The notes below the pieces were generated by a model that was given only the letters and a program-made list of their open reading frames with translations, ran no database searches and was not told the origin of the DNA. A program made the translations under genes and the position numbers. From Caecitellus pseudoparvulus (lineage: Eukaryota; Protista; Bigyra: Bicosoecida), in NCBI GenBank assembly GCA_965644315.1, contig CBFFRQ010000062.1, positions 186,001 to 250,000 of the forward strand: 64,000 nt of DNA, read 5' to 3'. This document shows, one piece after another, positions 1-11,792 of the stretch (positions within the stretch are counted from its first letter, which is position 1; every line of letters starts with the position of its first letter).

Positions 1-1406
1 TCGGCTCAGCCCCGCGGCAGCTCCGAGCTGTGGCCGGGGCCGCCGTTCTGGAACACGGCCGTGCCGGAACACCCTGCGTCACCCCCACCTGTCTCCCCCA
101 CCCCCTCCAAACCCACCCCCGTCGCAGGCAGCCCGCGCAACGTCCCTTCCCGCGTGGACAGCGGCGCCGCCCCCTCCTCCGCTCGCCCCCCCTCCGCCAC
201 TGGCTCCGCCAGATCGGTCACTGGCACAGCCGAAGCAGCCCTCAAAGCAGGGGTGCTCTTCGCAGGCGTGCTGTCCACGCCGGCGCCGGGCCACGCCGCC
301 GCGCCCCAGCCGGTGCACCCTGGCGCATCGTACGCGGTGGTGTTGGCGGAACACAGAACACATGCGGCTCTGGCAGGCCGGCGCAGTGGCGTGTCTCTGG
401 GCGCCCTGCGCCGCCTGGCACTGCAGGGCGTGCCGTCCCTGCACCGCAGTGCGGTGTGGGGCGTGTTGCTGGGCTGTGCCTCTGCACCCACCCTGGCGTC
501 ACGGTATGGCGACTTGCATGCCCAACTGTCCAGCAGCACCCTCCTCCTGGATGCCTTGTTCCACTGTGACGCCGAGGCGACGGCGGACGACGAGTTGTTC
601 TTCCCGCACGACACGCTGCTGTGCAGGGTGGCGCTGGCCTTTGCGCGTGACAGCCGCGTGCGGGGGGGGGTCAGTGCTCCCCCACACACATGGTTTGCGC
701 TGGCTCAAGCCAAGGCAGGCAGCGACGGCGCCCCAGCTGACTTTGTGACTCCGCCTTGTGGTGCGCTGCCGTTTGAGCAAATCTCCGCATACGCCGCGCC
801 GCTGCTCTTCGTGTGCCCCGACGACGAAGCTAAAGTCTACGACCTCTTCAGGCGCATGGTGCGTTTCATGCCTGCGTTTCCACCAGCACCGCTCACCCCA
901 CAGCCGCCCTCACCTGCCACACCACCTCGCCGCCCTCCACTCCGCAGTATGAACGGCTTTGGTGCCGCCTGTCAGCGCTCTCCTGCGAAGCAGACACCCT
1001 ACTTCCTCTGCTGTGCCTGGCAGAGCAGTGCGTGCATGCGCACGCCCCCGCCCTGGCGAACGAGCTGGCGCAGCGGGGCGCACCGGTGTGTGCGCTTGCA
1101 GCACACGTCATGCGTTTCGCAGGCACGGGCTGCATGAGCGTAACGCAGGTGCTGTTGCTGTGGGACCGCCTGCTGGCCGCCAACTCGCTGTCCCTGCTCG
1201 CCGTGGCGGCTGCGGGACTGGTGATGCTGCACGGGTCCACACTGCTGCAGGCCCTGCCGAGCACCAGCTCCTGCCCAGGTGGCAGTGTGGACGTGCAGGC
1301 GCTGGACACTGCCCGGGGCATCTTCACTCGCCACGCAGAGGCAGTCGTCATCGTCCCTCTCTGCCAGATGGTGCTGTTTGCCGCACCCAGCGACGGCAGG
1401 CAGTGA
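1..1406 (+). CDS. TBC1D19: TBC1D19-like Rab-GAP (TBC domain) protein, 5' end outside window; intron 859-947
   Basis: Frame is open from base 1. Motifs LQGVPSLHRSAVWGVLLG, DDELFFPHDTLLCRVALAFARD, PPCGALPFEQISAYAAPL, LLLWDRLLAANSLSLLAVAAA resemble TBC1D19 from memory. GT-AG intron 859-947 joins the frames (FRRM|YERLWCRL). Confidence 0.8.
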
Positions 1407-1502
1407 CGCGGGGCGGTCCTTGTGGCAAAATGCAGCGCCACGCGATCATGGGACTGTAGCGAATTGAAGCAGCTCTGCCACAGCCTTGGATTACGTCGCC
1501 CC

Positions 1503-2333
1503 ATGGCTGCAGCCATTCAGCTGCTCGCTGCAGCGCAGGGTGGAGTGCGGGGCGTGGAGGTGAGAACCAGCACCTGCAGGCGTGCACTGCAAAGCGGCTG
1601 TTCAACCTCCCATGTCGGGCCTTTCACAGGAAGTGCACACGAGGCGCATTGAGACTATTTTGTCGAAGCCCTTGCAGCTGAAGAATGCGTCTGGTAAGCC
1701 AAAGAAGCAGCAAGGCGATGCCTTCCACATCGTGAGTTTCACCGCGAAACGTCAGATACCTGCACAGCACACCTTTGTGCCTGCGTGACGTCCAGGGAGG
1801 AAAGAAGCGGCCCCGTGCCCGGCAGGTCACCAGCAAGCTCTCCCTAGAGCTCATGCAGCAGTGCCACCACACGTGGCACAGCGCTGTGTTGAAGGCACTG
1901 CAAGCCAGCGGTGTCGAGGAGTTCGCAGCTCACGGAGTGCAGAGCATGCCACTCTCCTTTGCTGTGGTGCGCATTGAATCCTGCACTTCAGCACCCCAGC
2001 TGGTGGGCCAGTACGCCTTGATTCTACATGAAGGTGCTGGCACGTTCCAGGTGGCACTGCAAGCCAGCAGCAAGGCAGCACCAGCCAAAGGGCGAGGTGC
2101 GTCGTGGCCGCCTGTGCCCCCCCCCCCCCCTGGGCGACACCCCTTCTTCCGCACCGCGCACAGTTCTGCCCAAGACGGGGACCACGCTGAGCATTCCCAT
2201 CTTTGACCGCCCCTGGCTGCCTCTCGCGCCTGTGGGCTGCAGCAGCCCACCCCCTCAGCCACCAGCAGAGAGCCAGGTTCTAACCCTGACCGTGCAGCGC
2301 GAGGGCAGGGGGAGGACTAGACGGCGAGGGTGA
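1503..2333 (+). CDS. POP4: RNase P/MRP subunit p29 (POP4)-like; introns 1560-1629, 1732-1795, 2097-2163
   Basis: Three GT-AG introns give one continuous frame. C-terminal half FAVVRIESCTSAPQLVGQYALILHEGAGTFQV...VLPKTGTTLSIPI resembles the Rpp29 beta-barrel. Confidence 0.6.
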
Positions 2334-2373
2334 CACAGCAATGTGCATTTGAGAGCGGCTGCGGCTGTGGCGA

Positions 2374-3788
2374 CTAGTGGGCCTTGGGGCGAATGGTAAA
2401 GACAGGCACGTCCAGCCCCACAGACAGCGTGATGATGGACGTGACGATGTGGTGTGCCGACAGCGCCCACACCAGCAGCGCCAAGGCCACGTACACAGCG
2501 ATGTCCTCCGTCTCGCTCCACACGTGCAGCAGGCCCTGGCTGCGCAGGGTTGCCACGGCGGGGATGAGGGCCAGGGCCACCAGCGGCGCCAGGGCGGGCC
2601 GGAAGGGCTCCACGGCGACGTGGGACAGCATGAGCTTCGTGACGAGGACGGTGAAGGCGACGCCGAGGGTGGTGTACCAAAGGAAGGGGCACCAGTTCAC
2701 GACGTGTGGGGCGAGGTAGTGCCCAGCGAAGGCGACGCCCCAGTACGCCGCGACAGGCAGCATACGGCCCCAGGCAGCGCACATGGACACGTCCACGCGC
2801 ATGCCGGCGGCGACCTCCTCTGCCGTCAGGTTGCGGGGTTGGTGGGCGCGGTTGAGGATGATGGTGACGCTGTCTGTCAGCGTGGCCACCAGTGCCACGG
2901 CGAAGAAGCCCAGCAGCCCGTGCAGGGGCATGAGGGTGACGCCGCCCACCTCGCAGCAGGGCGTGTGCCACCACTCCGGCCCCAGCACGGCACTGGCGAG
3001 GTACCCCAGGACGAAGATGACAATGCCTTCGTTGGGGCCGTTGATGAGGGGCAGCTCAAACTCCCCTGTGTGGAACTCCTCCCACGTGCTCACGTAGAAG
3101 CCGGTGGCGGCCAGGCTCCACCCAAGAGGAGCTGCCCAGCTTGCAGCGCTCAAGCCAACGGCTGAAAAGAGGGTCAGGGGGCCCAGCTGCGCAGGGGAGG
3201 GGGTACGGCGTGGGTGTTGTTGGCCTTGGTCGCTGTGGCGCCAGGACGGGCCACGCACCACTGTCGCGTTCAGCGCATCACACCCGTGGTCGAACAGCAG
3301 ACCCAACGGACTGGACGTGCCCGTCTTGCGGGCCTGCTTCCCATCCATGTTGTCCAGGATCTGCGTCGCCAGCGAAGGCCCCGTGTGTGACACCGTGGCG
3401 CTGCCAACGGCACTGCCGCGAATCACCCACCGAGTACGCCGTCAGTGTCACAGCAGCCAGAATGCAGATGTGGGAAGGCACACCGTCCACCGTTAGGTTA
3501 GGGTTCAGCACGGCACAGGCGGAGAAAGTGATGAGCAACAGCACCAAGCCCAGCAGCGTCACCTGGGGTGTGAAGGTGCGGAAAAGGAGCTTGCGAATCT
3601 GCAGTGACGCTTTGCTAGGGGCCTGCCCTCACCAGGTTGGGCGCCATCCATGTCGGCAGCAGGTGATCCACACACCACTGCGCCAGAGGACTGCCGATGT
3701 GGGCATAGATCAGGCTCTTGTCCCGGCCGATGTACTTGTACCGCGCCGCCCGCTGGACGCCCTCCTGGCTGAGGTAGGTCATGACCAT
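2374..3788 (-). CDS. Choline/ethanolamine phosphotransferase (CDP-alcohol phosphatidyltransferase, EPT1/CEPT1 family); introns 3563-3632, 3361-3430, 3187-3258
   Basis: [25 protein letters not shown], signature [42 protein letters not shown]; several hydrophobic helices. Confidence 0.93.
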
Positions 3789-4076
3789 GGCGTGCCGTTG
3801 GCTGGCCTTCGGCTGTGCACGCTCTGACCCGCGAGTGCACGCGTAGCGGCACAGCTACCTGGCCAGAATAGCCACGGAAAAGGCAGGGAGCAGGAGGGGG
3901 GGAGGGGGTGGATAGTGGGCACGGCGGAGTATTTGTGTGCGAGGGTGAGGCCTGTTCAAGGGTGCAGTGGACCGCTTCATTCGAAGGCGCCCGCAAACAC
4001 ATTCCCAGGTCGTGCGGCATGCGCATGTGCAGCCAGCAACGCGTGCTGCTTTCGCCACACACCTGCATGTCGAGGC

Positions 4077-5448
4077 ATGGCGGCAGCAGCATCTCCTCAC
4101 AAGCGCTTGCGCCTTGATGGCGACCAGGCGCCTGTCGAAGGTGACAGCGTGGACGCAAAATCCGCAGTGGAGCTTGGCTTTGGTGCGCTCACGGGCGGCG
4201 CAGGCAAGGCCCACGCAAGCAACCAATCACCTGAAACGCCTGCTACTCTACGCAGAATACGCGCCGTCCCTGTTCATGAGGTTCAAGCCCCTGTTCACCC
4301 ACCAGTCTTTCGGCATGCAAGAGCAAGTGAGTGGCTTGACCGAGCCTTGCATTTCTATTGACTGGACCCTGCCTGCTTTTCAAGTGACTTGCCGGGTCGC
4401 TGCATCAAATCTGCTCGACACAGCAGACGCTGCTTTCACCAAGGTGGCTGGCCAGCTCAGGGAGGGCTTGCCTGATGCCACGAAGGTGTGCCTCGCTGGC
4501 TCCTCACCCGTGAAAGCTGCCTCCCCTGACCAGCCCCTGGCCGAGGCTGTACTGCAGCATCCCAGCGCGACTGTCCTGACAGCGTACAGCACACATGACT
4601 TGAGCACCCTGCCCACTGGCTTGTCAGGGCGCTTCAAAGCCGTCGAGTGCCGCCTGGCAGAAAGCCCGCCTGCCCAGCAACTGCTGGGCTCCTTGCAATT
4701 CCTGGCCATGTGGCTCATTGACGCGGCCAGCACGATTGATGTCACCGACCCACACTGGCACGTCTTATTCCTCTTTGCCGAGGTGCAAGGTGCGGGATGG
4801 TGCCCTGTCGGGTACACCACCCTGTTCACATTCCACACTCCCACACGAGTGCAAGCGCCTCTCTCTGTGCGGCTCGCCCAGTGCCTGGTGCTGCCGCCGC
4901 TGCATCGCCAGGGGCATGGAGCTGCCATGCTCCGTGCGGCTCATAGGTGGCAAGAAAGCTTGGGGAGCTTCCAGCTTACGGTGGAAGACCCCGCCGATGC
5001 ATTCCGCCGCTTGCGGGATGCTCACGACATCCAGCTGGCCCGGGCGCGAGCTCCAGAAGGGGAAGTCCCTGACAAAGACGCGACGGCAGCAGGCCTGGAC
5101 GGTCCACCATCCCCAGAACAACTTGCAGCCCTCCAGCAAGCCCTGCATATTACGGAGTCGCAGTGCCTGAGAGTGTCCGAAGCGTTTGCCCTAGCGCGCC
5201 TGCTGGAACTGGCGTGTGAGGCACGGCCTTCGAGTGCTGCAAGCCTTGTCAAGGCATTCCGGCTGCGGTGCAAGCGAAGGGCCTTCGCTCAAGACCCAGA
5301 TTTGCGGGCAGTCCCTGCTGATATGCGCAAGGCTGAGTTAGCACGGCAGTTTGCTTGGGACTTGGGCAGCTACACGGCAGGCCTGCGCCGTGCAGGCGTC
5401 CCTGGCACAGAGCGCATCGCAGTTCTCTTTGGGGCTGCAGAGACCTGA
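4077..5448 (+). CDS. HAT1: Histone acetyltransferase type B catalytic subunit; intron 4183-4255
   Basis: FKPLFTHQSFG, WLIDAASTIDVTDPHW, VGYTTLFTF, RLAQCLVLPPLHRQGHG (acetyl-CoA motif A), LTVEDPADAFRRLRD. Confidence 0.9.
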
Positions 5449-5458
5449 GCCATGAGGC

Positions 5459-7059
5459 TCATGTCATGCGTGCTCTCGCAGCTCGAAGGGCATCCGCGCG
5501 GGCGTTGCCACCTGTGGGGTGAGCGAGTGCAGGAAGTTATCGCAGGCGCAGGGTACAGCCTCGCGCACAGTGGCAGCTTACTCTTGATCACCTTCGTGGC
5601 CTTGATTGCTGGACCTTGCTGAGGTCGAACGGTGGCTGCTCCTTGAACTTTGCTCCCAGCCGCCATGGTGCGCCCTTTCGCCTTGGCTTTGCTTTTGGCC
5701 CTCCGCATCAGGCTAGGCCCGCTCGCCTCAAAGTCTTCTTCGGGGATGAGTTGGGCTTCCAATGCTGCCCTAGCCTTGCTTTCCATCTCCCTCCGCACGG
5801 CATGTTGCTGGTCCAGCATGCTGTTCCTGTCTGCGTCGAGGAACTGCTTCCGGATGGCTTTCTGCGGAGCAGAGCGTTCCCGGCGTGCCTTCTCAACAGC
5901 GCTCTCATCCGTTCCCGCCGCTGTGTGCAAGGGCATGAGCATGCCATTCAGTTGAATGTACGCCCCCTTTCGTGTCCTGCCTTCATTGATGATGGTCAAC
6001 AGGCGAGGGAAGTTCATCTTGCCGTTCTCAAAAGCGTTGTCGCGCCGTGCGATCATAGTCCGCCACCACCCCTCATCGTACAGGGCGCCTTGAAGCTGCA
6101 AGGGGGGTCCATTGAAGTACTTCGAGTAGGTCATGCAGGATATAGTGCCCTGCTCTCTTGCCGCACTCACTGTGTTCTGCAGCTTGAAGACGGACATGAG
6201 CAAGACACCAGAGCCTTCGGTGAGCCTCGCAAAGATGGTGGATGTGACCCCGCGTGAGACCCACTGGCCTTTAAAGTTCTTCTCCATAAACTTTGCCACA
6301 ATGGGAGCTGCCACCGAGCTGTCTTCCCAGTTGCTTCCAAGAACCTGCACCAATCGAGGGTCTGCGCATGCTCACAGTGCCTGCCCGAGCGAGCGGCAGG
6401 CTCACTGACATCTTGAAAGAGGTCTTGGATATCATACGCATCTGCATGGGCCAAGCGGAGTTCTAGGTCCAAGTACAGGAGCCCCTGGCAAACAAATCGA
6501 GGCCTGGCGCACCCTCCCGCACGCACCCAGGTTCCCGCACTTCCTGCTGTCGTACATCATGTGAGCGAAAAGCTTGATGCCAGGCGCTGCAGCTGCCCCA
6601 AAGTTCCAAACATTGATAAGGAACTGTTTGAAGGGAACTCTTCCATGCTCATCTTGAAAGGCAGAGTACACTGCGCGGCGTCAGCGGTTCTGCACCTGTG
6701 TCTGGTCGGCACGCACGCATGCGTTGGCGCTCACCTCTTGAGAAGAAAGCGGACTCTGGCTGACGAAGGAACGCCCGCAGTTCTTCTTCTGCCAGGCTTC
6801 CTGATTTAGAGGCGTTGGCTCGCTTGAACTGCAGTTCTCGCAGCGTGTGTGGTGTTTCGCTGCCCTGACAGAGTTTCGCAGAAGCAGATGAAACGCCGAG
6901 TCACACCTTTTGGTAGAACTTCATGAGGTTCCCCTTGCTCAACAGCAGGAGCTTGGCCAGTTCTCCGTGCTCCTCCCAGACTCTCTCCCTCTCCCCCTCC
7001 TCGAATGGCACAAGCACGGCATCCACAGCTGTGTCTGCGATGCTTGCACAGCACCCCAT
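5459..7059 (-). CDS. N-acylated EF-hand (calcineurin B-like) protein with basic C-terminal extension; about 5 introns, last 5512-5581
   Basis: Starts MGCCAS. Degenerate EF loops FKRANASKSGSLAEEEL, AFQDEHGRVPFKQF, MYDSRKCGNLDAYDI. Exons joined at GT-AG introns; spliced end ...ADALRAARARMT*. Confidence 0.6.
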
Positions 7060-7464
7060 GAGTGACAAGCGGCTGTGGACTCTGAGCACACAACGGGCCG
7101 CTCATGCCGCTGGCATGAGCGCAGAGTGCAGCACCGTCGCTTTCTCGTGTCAGCACGCTGCAGCCCTCTTCCAGCTACAACTACGATGGATTATGTCTTC
7201 GAAGCCAGACGGCGCGCCAGCTCACACACCATAGAGAGTCACGCTACATCACTGGCACATGCCCTCCCTTGGGCACGAGATCCTGCACACTGAAGCTTTT
7301 TGCTGACGTTTTCCACCGTCTGCCCGCAGTCTGAAGGCTGTAGCTGCGACAAGGCCGCCCTTGTTGCAGCTGGGGAGCACAGCCATCTGCCGGCATCACA
7401 CAAAATTTACGCAGGCAGTTGCAGCCGGGAGGGCTGCCAGCAGGCAGTCCATGCCTTGCCGTGC

Positions 7465-10400
7465 ATGTCACGGGAAGCCCCACACACGTGCTCCAGGACT
7501 GCAGCATTGCTTGGAGAGACTGCCCCTTGGGTGATGGTCCAGACATCTGCAAGGGATTGCCTGCGTCGCTTGGCCCACATGGTTGAGCGGAAGGCTGTCC
7601 CGCCAAGTGGCCGAGGCGGCGCAAGGCTCCTACGACGAGTGTCACTAAATGCGAGGGGTACTGGGGAGTTCTGCGACAATACCGTCCGCAGCACAAAGTA
7701 CACTCTCGCGACGTTCCTGCCCATGGTGCGCGAAGCCACTCGTCGGCAGCCATACGCCCGCGCCAAGCGCACTTCCTTTTCACGCCTGTGCTGCAGAACT
7801 TGAAGCAACAGTTTGGAACGTACATGAACCGGTACTTTCTGTTCATTTCCTGCCTGCAATTGTGGCCAGCAGTGACTGCGGTGTGTGGCGAGGCTGCAGC
7901 TGCGGAAATTGAGCGGGCACCAAGTGGCTCACGACTGCCGGCCCTCTCCTGCGCAGGTGCACCCAATAACGTCATGGGCACCCTTGATCATGGTTCTCGT
8001 CATCACAGCAATTCGAGAAGCCCTGGATGACTACGCTCGGTACAAAGCCGACGAAGCAGAGAACAATCGACTGGTCACGATTGTGGAGCGAGGGCAGCGG
8101 TTGGATGTGCCCAGCTCCTCCATTACCCCCGGGACGCTGGTTGTCGTGCCGGAGGGTGCCTGTGTGCCTTGTGACTTGGCCATGCTCAACTCGGGATCTC
8201 CCGATGGGGATGGACGAGGGTACGTTGAGACTGCGGCGCTGGACGGGGAAAGTGACCTGAAAGTGCGCTGCAGCGCACCAAGCACCCAGGGCATGAGCCC
8301 CGAGGAGCTCTCGTGGCTCAACGGGTGCATAAAATGCCCCGCTCCCAACTCCCTGCTGTACCACTTCGATGCTGTCCTGGAGCTGGAGGGTCAAGGGGAA
8401 CCCGGGGCTGCCTCTGGGCCACGGCGTTTGCGAGGCGCAAGCAGCGGGAGCAGCGCGCTGTCCCCAACGCTGCCTCCGGCTGCCGTGGCAGCTGCGGGGG
8501 AAACGCCCCCGCGACTGAGCTTGGGCGCCTCCTGGTCTCCAGACATGGAGGAAGGCCGCAAGGGCAGCTTCGGGAGCCAGGACGCCACCCCACTGCCCCG
8601 GGCCAGGTCGACCACTGACGATGCAGCTGCCTTTGCAGACACAGGTGGGGCAGCGACACAGTGCATGACGACGCCGGGTTCGAAGGTCCAACAATCTCGG
8701 TCCCAGGATGCCTCCAAGTGTGTCGCTTTGAGCGGCGAGCAACTGCTGCAGGGAGGCACCATCGTTCGCGACACGCCTTGGGTGGCAGGTGTGGCGGTAT
8801 ACACGGGTGGCGACACGAAGCTGAACCAAAGCTCCACCATTGCTCCTGACAAGCATGCCTTCATTGACCAAAGGATCAACGAGCTCACCCTGCTGGTATT
8901 CGTGGGGCAGCTTGCGCTGGTTTGCTTTCTTGGCCTCGTGGGCGCCGGCTTGAATTCTGCCACTTGGCTCAGCGGGCACTGGTACTTGGGGCAGCCTGGC
9001 GAGGGGGCCTGGCAGCGGTGGATTGTTCTGCCCGTCCGATTTCTGCTCTTGAACTCATTCATGATCCCAGTTTCCTTGAAAGTCCTCCTGGACATCGCCA
9101 AAGGCTCGTACGCCCGCATGGTGGCCAGCGACAGTGCCATGCGCCACGCTGGCACGCCGGCAGCTGTGCAGAACACAAATGTGATTGAGGACCTTGGGAT
9201 CGTGACGCATGTCTTAAGTGACAAGACGGGCACGCTGACAGACAATGTCATGGTCTTTCACTCTGCTTTCTCAGTGGCCGGAAGGCACGAGATGGGTGCA
9301 GACCTCGCAGGTCGCGCTGGCTCAGCTGCTGCGCCGTTCTGGACAGCCCTGGCGCTGTGCAGCTCTGTGCACCCGAAACAAGCAGGAAGTGTTCGTGCTG
9401 GCCAGCGTGTGGCAAGCTGGACGTCCCTGCCTGAGGGCCTCACAAGTGCGGTAAAGTTGCACCCGGCACAAGACACGGCCGTGCAGGTGGGAGAACACGG
9501 GGAAGCCGAATCGCTCGTGCAAGCAGAGTCCCCAACAGCGGACAGTAGCTCTGACAGCCTCGCAGCTGCCCAGGCAATCATGGCTGCAGACACAACGTCT
9601 CGACATGCCGTCACTTTCCAGTCAACTTCCCCAGATGAGGAAGCTCTGGTGCACGCTGCAGCGCTGGCTGGACACGTGCTCGCGCATCGGGCACCGGGGC
9701 CTCATGACAGTGAAGTGTGCACCCTCAGACGTAGTGCACTTGTTGCAGATGCAGTGTGGACCCACGCCCAGGCACGGAGGCATGACTGCGACCACGTGTT
9801 GCGTCTGGGGTCCAGGTTGCCAAGCAAGGCGGTGTGGTACGCTGGTGGGGAGAGATCGAGCGCGGGCGCTGGTACAGAGGACATCCACACATGTGAGCAA
9901 GTGGTCATCCTGCACACCCTAGCCTTTTCCTCTGAGCGGAAGCGCATGTCTGTGATCGTGCAGCCTGCAGACACGCCAGGGGTGCAGGCTGAGACGTCGT
10001 ACGCCGGCGGCCCAGTGTGGCTCCTCAGCAAGGGTGCGGATGACGTGATGCTAAGCCGCATGGCTCCAGAACATCGGCGCAGTCATTTTGTCTCAGAGGC
10101 CGAGCAGTTCGCAGGCCAGTGTGCCAGCAGTGGCTTGCGCACCATGCTGGTGTGTGCCAGGAAAATGGAGCAAGAGGAGTACCTAGCGTGGGCCGCTGAG
10201 TGGAACGCTGCTGGGCTGTGCATGTCTGGGCGGGCTGAGGCACTGCAAGCTGCCGCAGAAAAGGCAGAGCATTCATGGCACCTGCTTGGCGTCACTGCCA
10301 TTGAAGATGCCCTGCAGGCTGGCGTTCCACAGACACTGACTGCCCTTCGAGAAGCTGGCATTGCCACTTGGATGTTGACCGGCGACAAGTACGCGACAGC

Positions 10401-11565
10401 CCTGCAGATTGCCACGTCGTCCAAGTTAGTGCCACGGTATGCACGGTTTGTGGAGGCAGCCACAGGTGGTGAGGAGGACGCCGCTGCCACCTCGCCCTTG
10501 CCTAGGCTGTTCGAGATTCAAGGCGACGACACTGCATCCGTGCGACACGCCGTGCACGTGTGTGAAGCTGCTGCAAGCAAGCAGCCAGATGGCTACCTTG
10601 TCGCAGTCGACGGCTCGGCGCTGGACTTTATCTTGAATCGCGCCGATTCCACTGCGGCATTCACAAGCCTCGTTCTTGGCGCCAGGAGTGTCGTGTGCTC
10701 GCGTGCCAGCCCCAGTCACAAGCGTGCCCTGGTCGCCTTGGTGCAGGAGAGTGCGACGAGCGGGAGGTGTCTCGCGATTGGGGACGGCGGCAACGATGTC
10801 CCCATGATCCAGGCGTCGCATGTCGGGGTTGGCATGTCTGGCCGCGAAGGCCAACAGGCTGCCCGAAACGCGGACGTGCAGGTGAGCCAGTTTCGTCATT
10901 TGGCGCCGCTGCTGCTGGTACATGGCCGTCGCGCTCATTGGGCTACGTCTTTCATCACACTGTTCGCCATCTACAAGAGCATCGCGCTTTGCACGCTGCA
11001 AATCCTCTTCAACGTCCTGTTCGCGCACTGGAGTGGCGGTTCCTTGCTGGATGGGCTGAGTTTGACATCGTACAACACTCTGTTCACCAGCCTGCCGTTG
11101 ATTCTTGTGGTGCTCTGCTCGGATGTAGACCTGGACACGGCACAGCGCAGTCCTCGGCTGTATCAGGCATCTCAGAAGAACTCCTGGCTCAACCGCTCCC
11201 TTGGGGCACGGTGGGGGCTAGTCGCTGCCTGCCAAGGTTGCATTGTCTTCTTCGTGGCAGTGGCCGCAAGGGAGCCAAGCGGCACCGTCTCGGCGCTGTC
11301 GTACACGGCATTCCTCGGGGTCCTTCTCACTGTCTTTGGGACACTGTTGTGGAGGGTGCCGAAGGCAAACCGCTGGCTTCGCTGGGCTGTGGCAGGCTGT
11401 TGCTCGGCGTTTGTGCTACTGATTCTCGCCAAGGGCTTGGGGAGCGGAGGTGGGGCAGCCGAGGCTCGGATTGTGTGGAAGTACATGAGTGAGCCTACCG
11501 GTCTGTTGTCCACGGCTCTGTTTGCGGCAGTGTCTGCTCTAAGCATGGTGTGCCTCCTGAACTAG
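7465..11565 (+). CDS. P4-type ATPase (phospholipid flippase); start uncertain, two short 5' introns
   Basis: DNTVRSTKYT, ETAALDGESDLK, IPVSL, DKTGTLT phosphorylation site, SPDEEALV, FSSERKRMSV, WMLTGDK, LAIGDGGNDVPMIQ; C-terminal TM helices. Confidence 0.95.
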
Positions 11566-11580
11566 GCGCGAGGAGGCTGA

Positions 11581-11587
11581 AATGCAC
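11581..11587 (+). terminator. Candidate 3'-end/polyadenylation signal AATGCAC (representative copy)
   Basis: 15 nt after the P4-ATPase stop; the same motif follows eight other stop codons (see findings). Confidence 0.45.
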
Positions 11588-11792
11588 TTGCAGCCCATGT
11601 GTGCACTTCACACAAGGAGCCACATTGCACTCGCTGACTGCCACTCAGGCGGACATCAAGAGAAAAGGGTCTACCACCAGGCATGTCTTTGAATTCAAGG
11701 TATTGCTGTCAGCTTGGTACGGCACAGTGCTTGGTAGCTCAAGGCAACGTGTAGTGGGCGGAAATTGAAGCGCCAAGTCAACCGCCTGCAAA

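Noticed and set aside
2374-2400. Selenocysteine or stop-codon reassignment (EPT1 homologues are selenoproteins in vertebrates)
   Set aside because: The gene ends in TAG, and conserved genes across the window terminate normally at TGA, TAG or TAA with no in-frame stops inside domains.
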